DNA from: a virus
Lineage: Duplodnaviria; Caudoviricetes
IMG/VR virus record: IMGVR_UViG_2643221578_000002
Span: 19,782-83,781 of that record
DNA length: 64,000 bases
Reading direction: 5' to 3' (one strand)
The position numbers were made by a program, and so were the translations under genes. This document shows, one piece after another, positions 48,971 to 57,266 of the stretch. How positions within the stretch are numbered: position 1 is the stretch's first letter; every line of letters begins with the position of its first letter. The notes under the pieces were generated by a model, which saw nothing but the letters and a program-made list of their open reading frames with translations, made no database searches and had not been told where the DNA came from.

Positions 48971-51207
48971 TGCCGATTCCCGGGAACATGCTCAGTGCGG
49001 CCACCGAGTCAATGGACCCGACGTTCACCGGGTGGAGGGTGCGACTCAACTGCACCCTCCTCTCCGGCACCGGGGGCCGCAACGGGTCGAAAAGCCTCTC
49101 GGTGAAGTCGGTTGCCGCCGGGGAGACGCAGGCCGAGACGGTCACCGGCTATCCGGTGACCGCCGGCCAGACCTACCAGGTCTTCGCGGACGCCTCATCT
49201 TCGACAGAGGCTGAGCGGATCGGCCTGGAGTGGCTGGACGCCACGTACACACCGGTCGGGGCGGTGCTGTGGTCGATGACTACTGCATCCGCATCCTCAT
49301 CCTGGCACCGCGTCGGGGTCGCCGGAGTCGCCCCGGCGGGAGCTGTTCGGGTGCGGATCGTCCTGTCCGCCACGCCCGCAGGGGCCGCGGTCTCCCACTA
49401 CTGGGAGAACGTCTACCTCGGGGCGCCCATCAGGACCACGGGGAACCTGTTCAGCTTCGCCACGGAAACTCCGGAGATCGACACCACGGCGTGGACTGCC
49501 GGAACGAACACCACCGTGGGCCGCCTGGCCCCGATGGTCGCGTGGCCGGTCGACTGGTACTGGGCCGGTGCCCATGTGCTAACCGTCACCGCTACCGGAT
49601 CGGGTACCGCGTCGGCCGCATCGGTGGAGAACCCTGCCGTCACCGAGGGGGTGGAGTACCTCGGCTACGCATACCTGGCACCCCCCACCACGGGTTCGAC
49701 CGCATGGATCGAGCTGCGGTTCTACAACGCGGCCAGCAGCCTCGTGTCGACGGTACGGTCAACGCTCGCACCCGCGAGCACCGGCTACCACCGGCAGCGC
49801 GTCTCGGCAGTAGCGCCCGTCGGCGCAGTCACCTGCCGCCTTGCCGCTGGCATGGACAGCGCCACAGCGGCACAAGTTCTGCGCGTGGAGCAGGCCGTTG
49901 TCACGGCTGCGCCAGCCATGCAGGCCGGATCGGTGCTGCCCTATGCCGACGCCTCATTCGAGGGCGGTGTCGCAGGCTGGACGAAGACCACTGGTATCGC
50001 AACGACCGCCCGGTCGACACCGTGGGGTGCGGTCGCTCTCGACGGCAGCTACTCCCTCACCGTGTCATCGAGCACCGCAACAGCATCGACAATCCGGTCC
50101 ACGAAGTTCCCGCTGCCGTCGGGGACCGGGGGCCTGGGGTTCCGGCTCCAGTTCGGCGAGTCGGTCACCGCCGGCGGATGGACCGTGACGCGAGGGATCC
50201 GCTGGTACGACGCTGCCGACACGGATCTGGGACTGACCACCACTAGCGCGGCGGCTGTGCCAGGCCCGGGATGGTGGCTGCTGTCCACCGACCAGACTGC
50301 ACCGGCCTCGGCCACGCAGGCTGCGGTGGAGCTGACGTTGACCGCGACGGCAACCAGCAGCGTCGTCAACCTCGACCGGGTTGCCTTGTGGCAGGCCCTA
50401 CCCCTGATCACTGCGGTGCCGCAGGCCGCAACAGCGTCCGTCACCGTTACCTTGCGGGAGCTGGACATCGGGGACCTGATTCGGGTGTACCGGGTGACCG
50501 CTGACGGGGCCCGGACTCTGGTGCGCGGCCCGTCTGGGCTGCTCGACGGCACAGTCGCAGTGACCTCGGACCTGATGGTGCTTGAGGACGCCGAGGCCCC
50601 GCTGCTGGCCCCGGTGTACTACCGGGTCGAGTGTGTCGACCCGGTGACGGGGGGCACAGCGACCCGACTGTCTGGGACAGTCACGGTTCCTCACGCCGAC
50701 ATCAACTTGGCGTGGCTGAAGGACCCGTCTGCTCCGCAGCGAAACACCATCGTGATGGTGAAGTCGGCGCCGAACTGGCAGCGGCCTGTGGAACGTGGGG
50801 TTTTCCGGATCGCCGGAAGGAAGAATCCGGTCGTCCTCTCCGATGTGATGGGCGGCCTGGAGGGCGACCTCGTTGTGTGGACCCGCTCCGACGACGAACG
50901 GAAAGCACTTCACACCCTGCTGGGGTCGGGGCGCACCCTGTTGTGGCAGGCGGCCCCCGGCATGGGCGTCGACGACATGTACGTGTCCGTCGGCCAGCCC
51001 ACAGAGGCGCGGGTCGGCGGCCCGGCGATGGAGCCATGGCGGGAGTGGACGCTGCCGCTGACCGAGGTCGACATGCCCACCACTGTCGGAGTGAACGGAT
51101 CTGCGGGCCGAACGTGGCAGGACATCCTGACCGAGTTCGCAACCTGGGGCGACCTGCTGGGCACGTTCGCCACGTGGGAGGACGTCTTCCTCGACAGGAG
51201 GGGCTGA
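48970..51207 (+). CDS. Distal tail protein with repeated carbohydrate-binding-like domains
   Basis: Follows tape measure; repeated beta-sandwich units with LEWLD/LRFYN/IRWYD and APAGA/APVGA/APASA. Confidence 0.75.
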   Translation: MPIPGNMLSAATESMDPTFTGWRVRLNCTLLSGTGGRNGSKSLSVKSVAAGETQAETVTGYPVTAGQTYQVFADASSSTEAERIGLEWLDATYTPVGAVLWSMTTASASSSWHRVGVAGVAPAGAVRVRIVLSATPAGAAVSHYWENVYLGAPIRTTGNLFSFATETPEIDTTAWTAGTNTTVGRLAPMVAWPVDWYWAGAHVLTVTATGSGTASAASVENPAVTEGVEYLGYAYLAPPTTGSTAWIELRFYNAASSLVSTVRSTLAPASTGYHRQRVSAVAPVGAVTCRLAAGMDSATAAQVLRVEQAVVTAAPAMQAGSVLPYADASFEGGVAGWTKTTGIATTARSTPWGAVALDGSYSLTVSSSTATASTIRSTKFPLPSGTGGLGFRLQFGESVTAGGWTVTRGIRWYDAADTDLGLTTTSAAAVPGPGWWLLSTDQTAPASATQAAVELTLTATATSSVVNLDRVALWQALPLITAVPQAATASVTVTLRELDIGDLIRVYRVTADGARTLVRGPSGLLDGTVAVTSDLMVLEDAEAPLLAPVYYRVECVDPVTGGTATRLSGTVTVPHADINLAWLKDPSAPQRNTIVMVKSAPNWQRPVERGVFRIAGRKNPVVLSDVMGGLEGDLVVWTRSDDERKALHTLLGSGRTLLWQAAPGMGVDDMYVSVGQPTEARVGGPAMEPWREWTLPLTEVDMPTTVGVNGSAGRTWQDILTEFATWGDLLGTFATWEDVFLDRRG

Positions 51208-51209
51208 AC

Positions 51210-52301
51210 ATGTACCCCGTCTCGGACCGGTTCTTGAAGACGCTTCCACAGCCTCACCAGGTCATCACCCAGGTCCAGCTGATCCAGACGGACGGCGAAG
51301 TCCTGGACCTGCCGCATACTGGCGGGTCCGTGCCGGTCGACCGGGGGGCGGCAATCCGCCGTACCTGCACGGTCACCTCGGCGGACCTGTCGCTCATCCC
51401 CACCAATCCGGCGGACGAGCTGCTGGTGTACGGGGCCCGGCTGCGAGTGTCCCGCGGCATCGACTACGGCGACGGCACCCAAGAGCTCGTGCCCGTCGGC
51501 CTGTTCCGCCTGGATGAGATCCGCGGCGACGTCGGCACCGGGCCGGTCACCTTGACCGGTGTCGGCCTGGAGGCTGTGCTGCAGGACGACAGGTTCAGGG
51601 AGCCGTGGCGGGCTTCCGGCTCCGTCATTGTGGCGATCACTGCCCTGATTCTGAGGTCTCTGCCCGACGCCCAGATCCTGCCGGTGATCGCCGACGTGTC
51701 CATCGGTCCACGAACCTGGGACATCGAGGGTGATCCGTGGGCTGCTGTTCAGGAGATCGCGGCGGCGGCCGGCGCCGAGTGCTACGCGGACGCATCCGGC
51801 ACCTTCGTCATCGCGACCCTGCCGGATGCTGCTGCGGTCAACCCGGTGTGGTCGGTCGAGGCCGGTGAGGGCGGGGTGTACATCCGGGGTGAGCGCGGCA
51901 TGTCCTCGGCAGGTGTCGTCAACGGGGTTCTTGCCCGGGGTGACAACACTGAGGCCGCTGGGGTGCCCGTGTCGTACCTGGTCACGGACGATGATCCTGG
52001 CAGTCCTACGTACTGGGGCGGTCCTTATGGGCACCGGGTTGCGTTCTACTCGTCGTCGACGCTGACAACGGTCGGCGCGTGCCGAGCTGCTGCCCAACTG
52101 AAGCTGGCGGCACTTCGCGCCCCGAACGCCAGCGGCAGCTTTACCGCCATGCCGAATGCGGCCCTGGAGCCGGGCGATGTCCTCCGCGTCATCCACCCGG
52201 ACGGGCTCGGAGAGATTCACCAGGTGCAGTCCTTCACCGTCCCCCTGAACGCGGGCGGCGACTTCCCGATCACCACGATCGGCGCGAAGGAGAACGCATG
52301 A
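51210..52301 (+). CDS. Minor tail / baseplate hub protein (DUF5047-like)
   Basis: GGSVPVDR...RRTCTVT, VPVGLFRL, SPTYWGGPYG, PNAALEPGDV. Confidence 0.8.
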   Translation: MYPVSDRFLKTLPQPHQVITQVQLIQTDGEVLDLPHTGGSVPVDRGAAIRRTCTVTSADLSLIPTNPADELLVYGARLRVSRGIDYGDGTQELVPVGLFRLDEIRGDVGTGPVTLTGVGLEAVLQDDRFREPWRASGSVIVAITALILRSLPDAQILPVIADVSIGPRTWDIEGDPWAAVQEIAAAAGAECYADASGTFVIATLPDAAAVNPVWSVEAGEGGVYIRGERGMSSAGVVNGVLARGDNTEAAGVPVSYLVTDDDPGSPTYWGGPYGHRVAFYSSSTLTTVGACRAAAQLKLAALRAPNASGSFTAMPNAALEPGDVLRVIHPDGLGEIHQVQSFTVPLNAGGDFPITTIGAKENA

Positions 52302-52894
52302 CGTCATCGACAGCCCAGGCGGTCGCCGACGAGATGCTCCGCCAATCGGTACAGGCCGGCGAGCAGGCCCCGACCGTGCGGGGCGGTGACTGGCACACCG
52401 CGGTGGTGACCGCGGTCGCATCCGACGGCACGGTGATCGCTGGTGGGGTGACCGCCCGGCGCCTCGATACGTACCAGCCGCTGGTCGGCGACCTCATCGA
52501 GCTGGCCCAGGCATCGTCCGGGGCGTGGCTCGCCCGGGGCCGCCTGGTTGGGGCGAGCGGTGACGGGTGGCTGACTCCAACGTTCGCCTCCCCGTGGATC
52601 AACTATGCGGGTGGCGGCGGCTTTCAGACTGCCCGCTACCGCCGGTACCCCGACGGTGACGTGGCCATCGAGGGCCTGGTCGCCACCGGCGGCACCTCGG
52701 TGACGGGGTCGTCCACGGTCTTCACGCTTCCGGCTGGGTACAGGCCGCAGGCGACGCAGATGTCGCTCGCTTTCACGTCGGGTAACGCCGCCCGACAGCT
52801 GGAGATCGTGTCGTCGGGTGTTGTCCGCTTCTCCAACCTGCCCGCCGGGGCGATCAGCTTCATCACGATCAACGCCCGCTTCTCAACCTTGTAG
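52298..52894 (+). CDS. Minor tail protein
   Basis: ATGA overlap; VFTLPAGYRP fibre-type motif. Confidence 0.75.
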   Translation: MTSSTAQAVADEMLRQSVQAGEQAPTVRGGDWHTAVVTAVASDGTVIAGGVTARRLDTYQPLVGDLIELAQASSGAWLARGRLVGASGDGWLTPTFASPWINYAGGGGFQTARYRRYPDGDVAIEGLVATGGTSVTGSSTVFTLPAGYRPQATQMSLAFTSGNAARQLEIVSSGVVRFSNLPAGAISFITINARFSTL

Positions 52895-52902
52895 GAGGGC
52901 CT

Positions 52903-53415
52903 GTGGCCACCACTGATGACTACAGCCAGGGCGTGTCGGTCACGACTCTGACGGACGCCCCGGACGCTGAAACTCTGGCGAAGAACCTCGCAAACGGCAT
53001 CGTCAGCCGATCCGTGCTGCGGTTCGCATCAGCGTCGGCCCGCACCACCGCACTCACCGGCCCTGCCGCCCCGGTCGAAGGCATGACGTCCTGGCTGCAG
53101 GACGTCAACCGCCTCTACATCTACGACGGCACAGTGTGGCGGCAGCTGTCGATCGCCCAGTCCGGAACGGTCAACCTGTCGTTCACGACCCTGGATCAGT
53201 ACAGCGGGACCACGGTCACGTTCCCCACCGCGTTCGCGGTCGCCCCCCGGGTCTTCCTCAACATCCATTCCGGCGCCGCCTCGACCGCACGGTGGAGCAC
53301 CCGCGCCATCGACATCACCACCACGAACTTCAAGCCGTTCGTGTACGCCGCGGTGGGCGGCAACAACGCCACGTGGGCCGGTATCGAGATCCAGTGGCAC
53401 GCGATCGCCCCCTGA
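52903..53415 (+). CDS. Minor tail protein with H-type-lectin-like C-terminus
   Basis: RFASASART...PVEGM..W; QSGTV...VTFPTAF..AP.V...WHAI. Confidence 0.7.
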   Translation: MATTDDYSQGVSVTTLTDAPDAETLAKNLANGIVSRSVLRFASASARTTALTGPAAPVEGMTSWLQDVNRLYIYDGTVWRQLSIAQSGTVNLSFTTLDQYSGTTVTFPTAFAVAPRVFLNIHSGAASTARWSTRAIDITTTNFKPFVYAAVGGNNATWAGIEIQWHAIAP

Positions 53416-53481
53416 CCCGCACATCACATACTGCCCCGCGCCGCCTTCGGCCCGGGGCTTTTGTCACGTCTGGAGAACCGC

Positions 53482-54594
53482 ATGGCCAGAACCGGCCCGC
53501 AGAAGATCCCGGGCGCTTCGCAGGCGTACTTCTACGGAACGGGCCGCTACTCCGGCTCGGCCATGGAAGTGAACTGCGGCGTCGCCCACACCACCGAGGG
53601 CCGCACCGTGCCCACCTACGGCGGCGGGGCGCAGGCCCCGACCGTCACCGGGCTCCCGGACTTCAAGGCCAAGAAGATCCGGTGGTACCAGCACTACGAC
53701 GTCGACGAGTCGGCGCGCGCCCTGATGAATAAGCTCGGCGGTGTCGAGACGAACACGGCGAACGCCTTTCAGATCGAGCTGGTCGGCACCTGCGACGCGA
53801 AGAACGCGAAGACGTGGGGCGGTAAGACGGCGGGAGTCGACTACATCTACTGGCCGGACGCCCCCGAGTGGGCGCTGGCCGAGGTGGCGTGGCTGGTTCG
53901 CTGGCTGCACGACTATCACCGGGTGCCGCTGACCTGCGTGAAGGACTGGCTGGCCTACGGCAAGGACGCACGCCGGCCCGGGGTGACCCCGGCGTCCTAC
54001 GGGGCGAGCCCGGCCCGCATGTCGATGGCCGCCTGGCGGAAGTTCACGGGGTGGTGCGGTCACCAGCACGTGCCCGAGAACGACCACGGCGACCCCGGCT
54101 CCATGGACTTCGCCCGAGTCATCGCTCTCGCCAAGGGCGACAACGCACCCACAACCCCGCCGAAGAACGACAAGCCCCCGGCGCCTGCCCCTGTTGTTCC
54201 TGTGGAGGACCCCATGCCCGCACCCACCACCCTGCACGAGTCCGTCGCCGGTGGCCCCGACCTTCCCGCCGGAGAGTGGACCGAGCTCCCGGCAGCCGAG
54301 GACACCGCGATCCTCCGCGGCCCCTGCACCTACGACGTGGGGGTCTCCGCGACCCTGTCCGGCACCGGCGACGCCGGACGCGTCCAGATGCGGTTCGTCC
54401 ACGTCGACATCGAGACCCGCCGCCGCAGCGCCGCCCTCCCGGTGGACGTGTACGTCCGCGGCGGCGACACCGGAACGCAGGTCTCCCGCCGCGGGGCGCT
54501 GCCTGCCGGCCAGTACCTCAAGGTCGAGGCGCTCGCCGACGGCGTGGGCGCCACGGTCACGCACCGCACGGTCGACGGCCTCGTCTGGCGCTGA
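53482..54594 (+). CDS. Endolysin, N-acetylmuramoyl-L-alanine amidase
   Basis: HTTEG, QIELVG, GHQHVPENDHGDPG zinc-amidase motifs; Pro-rich linker and C-terminal domain. Confidence 0.88.
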   Translation: MARTGPQKIPGASQAYFYGTGRYSGSAMEVNCGVAHTTEGRTVPTYGGGAQAPTVTGLPDFKAKKIRWYQHYDVDESARALMNKLGGVETNTANAFQIELVGTCDAKNAKTWGGKTAGVDYIYWPDAPEWALAEVAWLVRWLHDYHRVPLTCVKDWLAYGKDARRPGVTPASYGASPARMSMAAWRKFTGWCGHQHVPENDHGDPGSMDFARVIALAKGDNAPTTPPKNDKPPAPAPVVPVEDPMPAPTTLHESVAGGPDLPAGEWTELPAAEDTAILRGPCTYDVGVSATLSGTGDAGRVQMRFVHVDIETRRRSAALPVDVYVRGGDTGTQVSRRGALPAGQYLKVEALADGVGATVTHRTVDGLVWR

Positions 54595-54632
54595 CCCCAA
54601 CTCCTACTCGCTTCGCAGAAACGGATCTCCAC

Positions 54633-55016
54633 ATGCGTATCTTCGGCAGAGAACCGGTCTACGTCCTCGGCTTCATCGCGGCGGGCTTCCAGGCCCTTAC
54701 CGCGTTCGGCCTCGACGTCACCGAGACACAGCAGACGCTCGTGAACTTCTTCGCCGCCGCGGTCGTCGGCGTCATCACCGCGATCGTCCTCAAGACTGGA
54801 GCCCTGGCAGCCGCCCTTCTCGGATTCGCCCAGTCCGGGATGGCGCTCGCCGTCGGCTTCGGCCTCGACTGGTCCACCGACATGCAGGGCAAGGTCATGG
54901 CCGCCGTCGCCGCACTCCTCGCACTATGGCTCCGGGAGAAGGTCACCGCTCCCGTGCCCTTGACGGGGCTGGAACTGTCCAGCCCCGTCAAGGCACCCGC
55001 CACCGTAGGCGGCTAG
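54633..55016 (+). CDS. Holin-like membrane protein
   Basis: MRIFGREPV, four hydrophobic segments, REKVTAP; follows the endolysin. Confidence 0.75.
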   Translation: MRIFGREPVYVLGFIAAGFQALTAFGLDVTETQQTLVNFFAAAVVGVITAIVLKTGALAAALLGFAQSGMALAVGFGLDWSTDMQGKVMAAVAALLALWLREKVTAPVPLTGLELSSPVKAPATVGG

Positions 55017-55463
55017 GTGCCGTGCCGTGCGGCCCGGTGGCTGCACCGAAGGCTGGGACGCCGCGGCATCTTCCTTCTGATCGCCGGTGTAGGGAAGACC
55101 TGCTGGGGCGTCTCGTTCCTCGTGAACCCGCCGAGCGCTGAAGGACTTCGGCTTCTCACCCAGCTCTGCTCGATCCGCCACTGGTCCTGGCTGTGGATCA
55201 TCGCCGGTCTCGTCACCTTCGGATCCGCGTGGCTCCGTATCGGCCGAGACCGGTTCGGATTCATCGCCGCGCTCATTCCCCCCGCAGTGTGGGCAACCGC
55301 CTACACCTCCGCCGCCCTGAGCGGCGAGTACTCCCGCGGCGGGTTCGTCGCAATCTGGTACCTCACCTCGCACGTCGGGGTCATCTTGTGGGCGGCCACG
55401 GTGCCCGAGCATTCGGTCCCCCCAGCTCCGCGGCGCGCCAGGAAAGGCAAGGCGCCGTCGTGA
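55017..55463 (+). CDS. Multi-TM lysis-region membrane protein
   Basis: Four hydrophobic segments; lysis cassette position. Confidence 0.65.
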   Translation: MPCRAARWLHRRLGRRGIFLLIAGVGKTCWGVSFLVNPPSAEGLRLLTQLCSIRHWSWLWIIAGLVTFGSAWLRIGRDRFGFIAALIPPAVWATAYTSAALSGEYSRGGFVAIWYLTSHVGVILWAATVPEHSVPPAPRRARKGKAPS

Positions 55464-55810
55464 ACATCTGGGTAGCCGTGTTCGGCATGGCGGGGACGGT
55501 TCTGGCTGCTGTTTTCGCGGCGAAGGCGACGCGGGCCGCATCGAGGGCGACAGCTGATGCGACGCGGGCTGCCTCACTCGCGCAGGCCGAGCCGAATCAA
55601 AGGGCCGCAGACCTAGCGGCTTTCCAGGCGATCCGGGACGACATGCAGGGCGAGATCAGGGAGATGCGTGACGAAACCCGGTCCCTGAAGTCCTTGGTCC
55701 GCTCGTTCGCCTGGTACGTGTCCGAGCTGACCTCGCAGATGCGCAGCCACGGGATTGAGCCCCCAGCCCCGCCGGATCGTGTCGCCGACTACAACCGAAC
55801 TGGAGTGTGA
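55460..55810 (+). CDS. TM plus coiled-coil lysis-region protein
   Basis: N-terminal TM, heptad region, GIEPPAPP end. Confidence 0.65.
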   Translation: MNIWVAVFGMAGTVLAAVFAAKATRAASRATADATRAASLAQAEPNQRAADLAAFQAIRDDMQGEIREMRDETRSLKSLVRSFAWYVSELTSQMRSHGIEPPAPPDRVADYNRTGV

Positions 55811-55971
55811 CCGTGGCAGACACACCGCCGCGCCCCGTTGAGCGCCGCATCGACGAAGGCGCCGGGGACCTCGCGACGCTCATCGACCTCGGCCTCGCCG
55901 AAGAACAACCGACCCCCCAGTACGAGGACCTCTTCCTCGAGCCCGACCTGCCGCCGGCCGAACAGTGAACA

Positions 55972-56002
55972 GCCCCCTCCCTCACGGGAGGGGGCCTTCT
56001 TC
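55972..56002. terminator. Terminator ending the late operon
   Basis: GCCCCCTCCC-TCAC-GGGAGGGGGC followed by CTTCTT. Confidence 0.75.
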
Positions 56003-56026
56003 ATGCCCCGGCGATCCGGACAGCCA

Positions 56027-56806
56027 TCAGCAGTTCTCCTCGAACTTCACCGCGGTGAACTCAACCGGCTGCCCGTTCAGCGCGGCACCGGCAGCCGGCT
56101 TCTGTGTGCACACCTTCCAGTTGGACTCCATCAGCACCATCCGGTCCTCGGACGCATCAGTCACGGTGATCGACGTGCCGGAGGCTAGGGCGCCCCTCGC
56201 CGCGTTCACGGACTCCCCGACCAGGTTGGGCATCTTCCCGCCCGCAGCTTCGGGTGCTTTCTTGTCGCTGGCCGGGCACTTCTCTTCCAGCTTCACCGCA
56301 CCGAAGTCGAGGGTGGTGTCGGTGGAGCTCGTCTTCCCGGCCTTGATGTTCTGGGAGCAGACCTTCCAGTTCCGGTCGAACGCCTGCATGCGGTCGCGTC
56401 CGGTGCTGTCGTGGGACTTCAGCGAGTAGAAGCCCTTCTCCTGGGCGGCGTCCTGTGCGAACTGGAGGCCCATGCCGACGAAGTCCGGGACCTTCGCCTT
56501 CTCGTCGGCTTCCTTCTTCGGCTCCTCAGCCTTCTTCGCCTTCTCGGCCTTCGGCTTGTCGTCGGCCTTGTCCTCGGTCGGCTCGACGGGCTTGGCGGTC
56601 ACCGTCTTCGTCACCGTCGGGGCAGGCTTGGCGCTGGCCGCGGTCTCGACGTCCGCGCTTCCCGCGGCACCGAGCATGATGCCGACGAGGAACAGCCCGG
56701 CCCCGGCCGGAATCACGACCCGCTTCTTCGCCCACTTCGGCCCACCAGTCTTCGGCGGCTCGGGTGTGAACGGCTGCTGCCCCCAGCCGGGGTGCTGGTA
56801 CGACAT
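56027..56806 (-). CDS. Membrane-anchored protein with two PASTA-like domains
   Basis: TM helix, Pro/Lys linker, two repeats VPDFVG...NWKVCSQ...VKLEEKC and MPNLVG...NWKVCTQ...VKFEENC. Confidence 0.8.
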   Translation of the reverse strand: MSYQHPGWGQQPFTPEPPKTGGPKWAKKRVVIPAGAGLFLVGIMLGAAGSADVETAASAKPAPTVTKTVTAKPVEPTEDKADDKPKAEKAKKAEEPKKEADEKAKVPDFVGMGLQFAQDAAQEKGFYSLKSHDSTGRDRMQAFDRNWKVCSQNIKAGKTSSTDTTLDFGAVKLEEKCPASDKKAPEAAGGKMPNLVGESVNAARGALASGTSITVTDASEDRMVLMESNWKVCTQKPAAGAALNGQPVEFTAVKFEENC

Positions 56807-56960
56807 GTGTCCCCCTACGTGCGGTTCGTGGAGGCCTGACCGTAGCCACCCGACTACGCCCGGGGGAGCTTCTTGTTCCGGTGGTGACGGAGTTGTGACC
56901 AAACAGCGGGGGAGAGGTGGCTGCCGCGGCGCGGCGTGGCGGACCGGTAATGCCGTGGCG

Positions 56961-56983
56961 TTGTCAGCCATTCGGGCTACAGT
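56961..56983 (+). promoter_or_regulatory. RecA-NDp / PafBC-type DNA-damage promoter motif
   Basis: T-TGTCAG-N10-TACAGT fits TGTCRG-N10-TA-N3-T; lies about 20 nt before the first Y RNA. Confidence 0.7.
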
Positions 56984-57004
56984 GGCTGCACAACTTCACA
57001 TGCA

Positions 57005-57076
57005 CCTCCCGGTGCGCAGGCCCGTGGCTACTTCTTTGGAAAAGTGCCGCCGCAGGCCGTCCTTGATCTCGGGAGG
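57005..57076 (+). ncRNA. Short Y RNA-like ncRNA (Ro60-binding stem, no tRNA domain)
   Basis: CCTCCCG/CGGGAGG terminal stem; shares CCCGGTGCGCAGGC, TACTTC and TTGATCTCGGG with the downstream Y RNA. Confidence 0.75.
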
Positions 57077-57086
57077 CACAGCATCG

Positions 57087-57230
57087 GGGGTGCCCGGTGC
57101 GCAGGCAGCGGATACTTCACAGTTAATCCATGGGTCGCGGGTTCAAGTCCCGCCCGGCGCCTAGCGTCGGTAGCTCAGTTGGTAGAGCAATGGCACAAGG
57201 CCCGCAGCCGACTTTGATCTCGGGCACCCC
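57087..57230 (+). ncRNA. yrlA: YrlA-type Y RNA with circularly permuted tRNA-like domain
   Basis: GGGGTGCCCG/CGGGCACCCC stem; T arm GCGGG-TTCAAGT-CCCGC (57137-57153), closed acceptor stem CCGGCGC-CTA-GCGTCGG, D arm GCTC-AGTTGGTA-GAGC; directly upstream of a TROVE gene. Confidence 0.88.
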
Positions 57231-57266
57231 ACTGCTGGACCTCCCCTCCACGTGAGGGGTTCTTTT

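Noticed and set aside
57120-57193. Canonical tRNA gene or tRNA attachment site
   Set aside because: The T arm precedes the D arm and the acceptor stem is closed by a 3-nt loop with no CCA end; this fits a Y RNA tRNA-mimic
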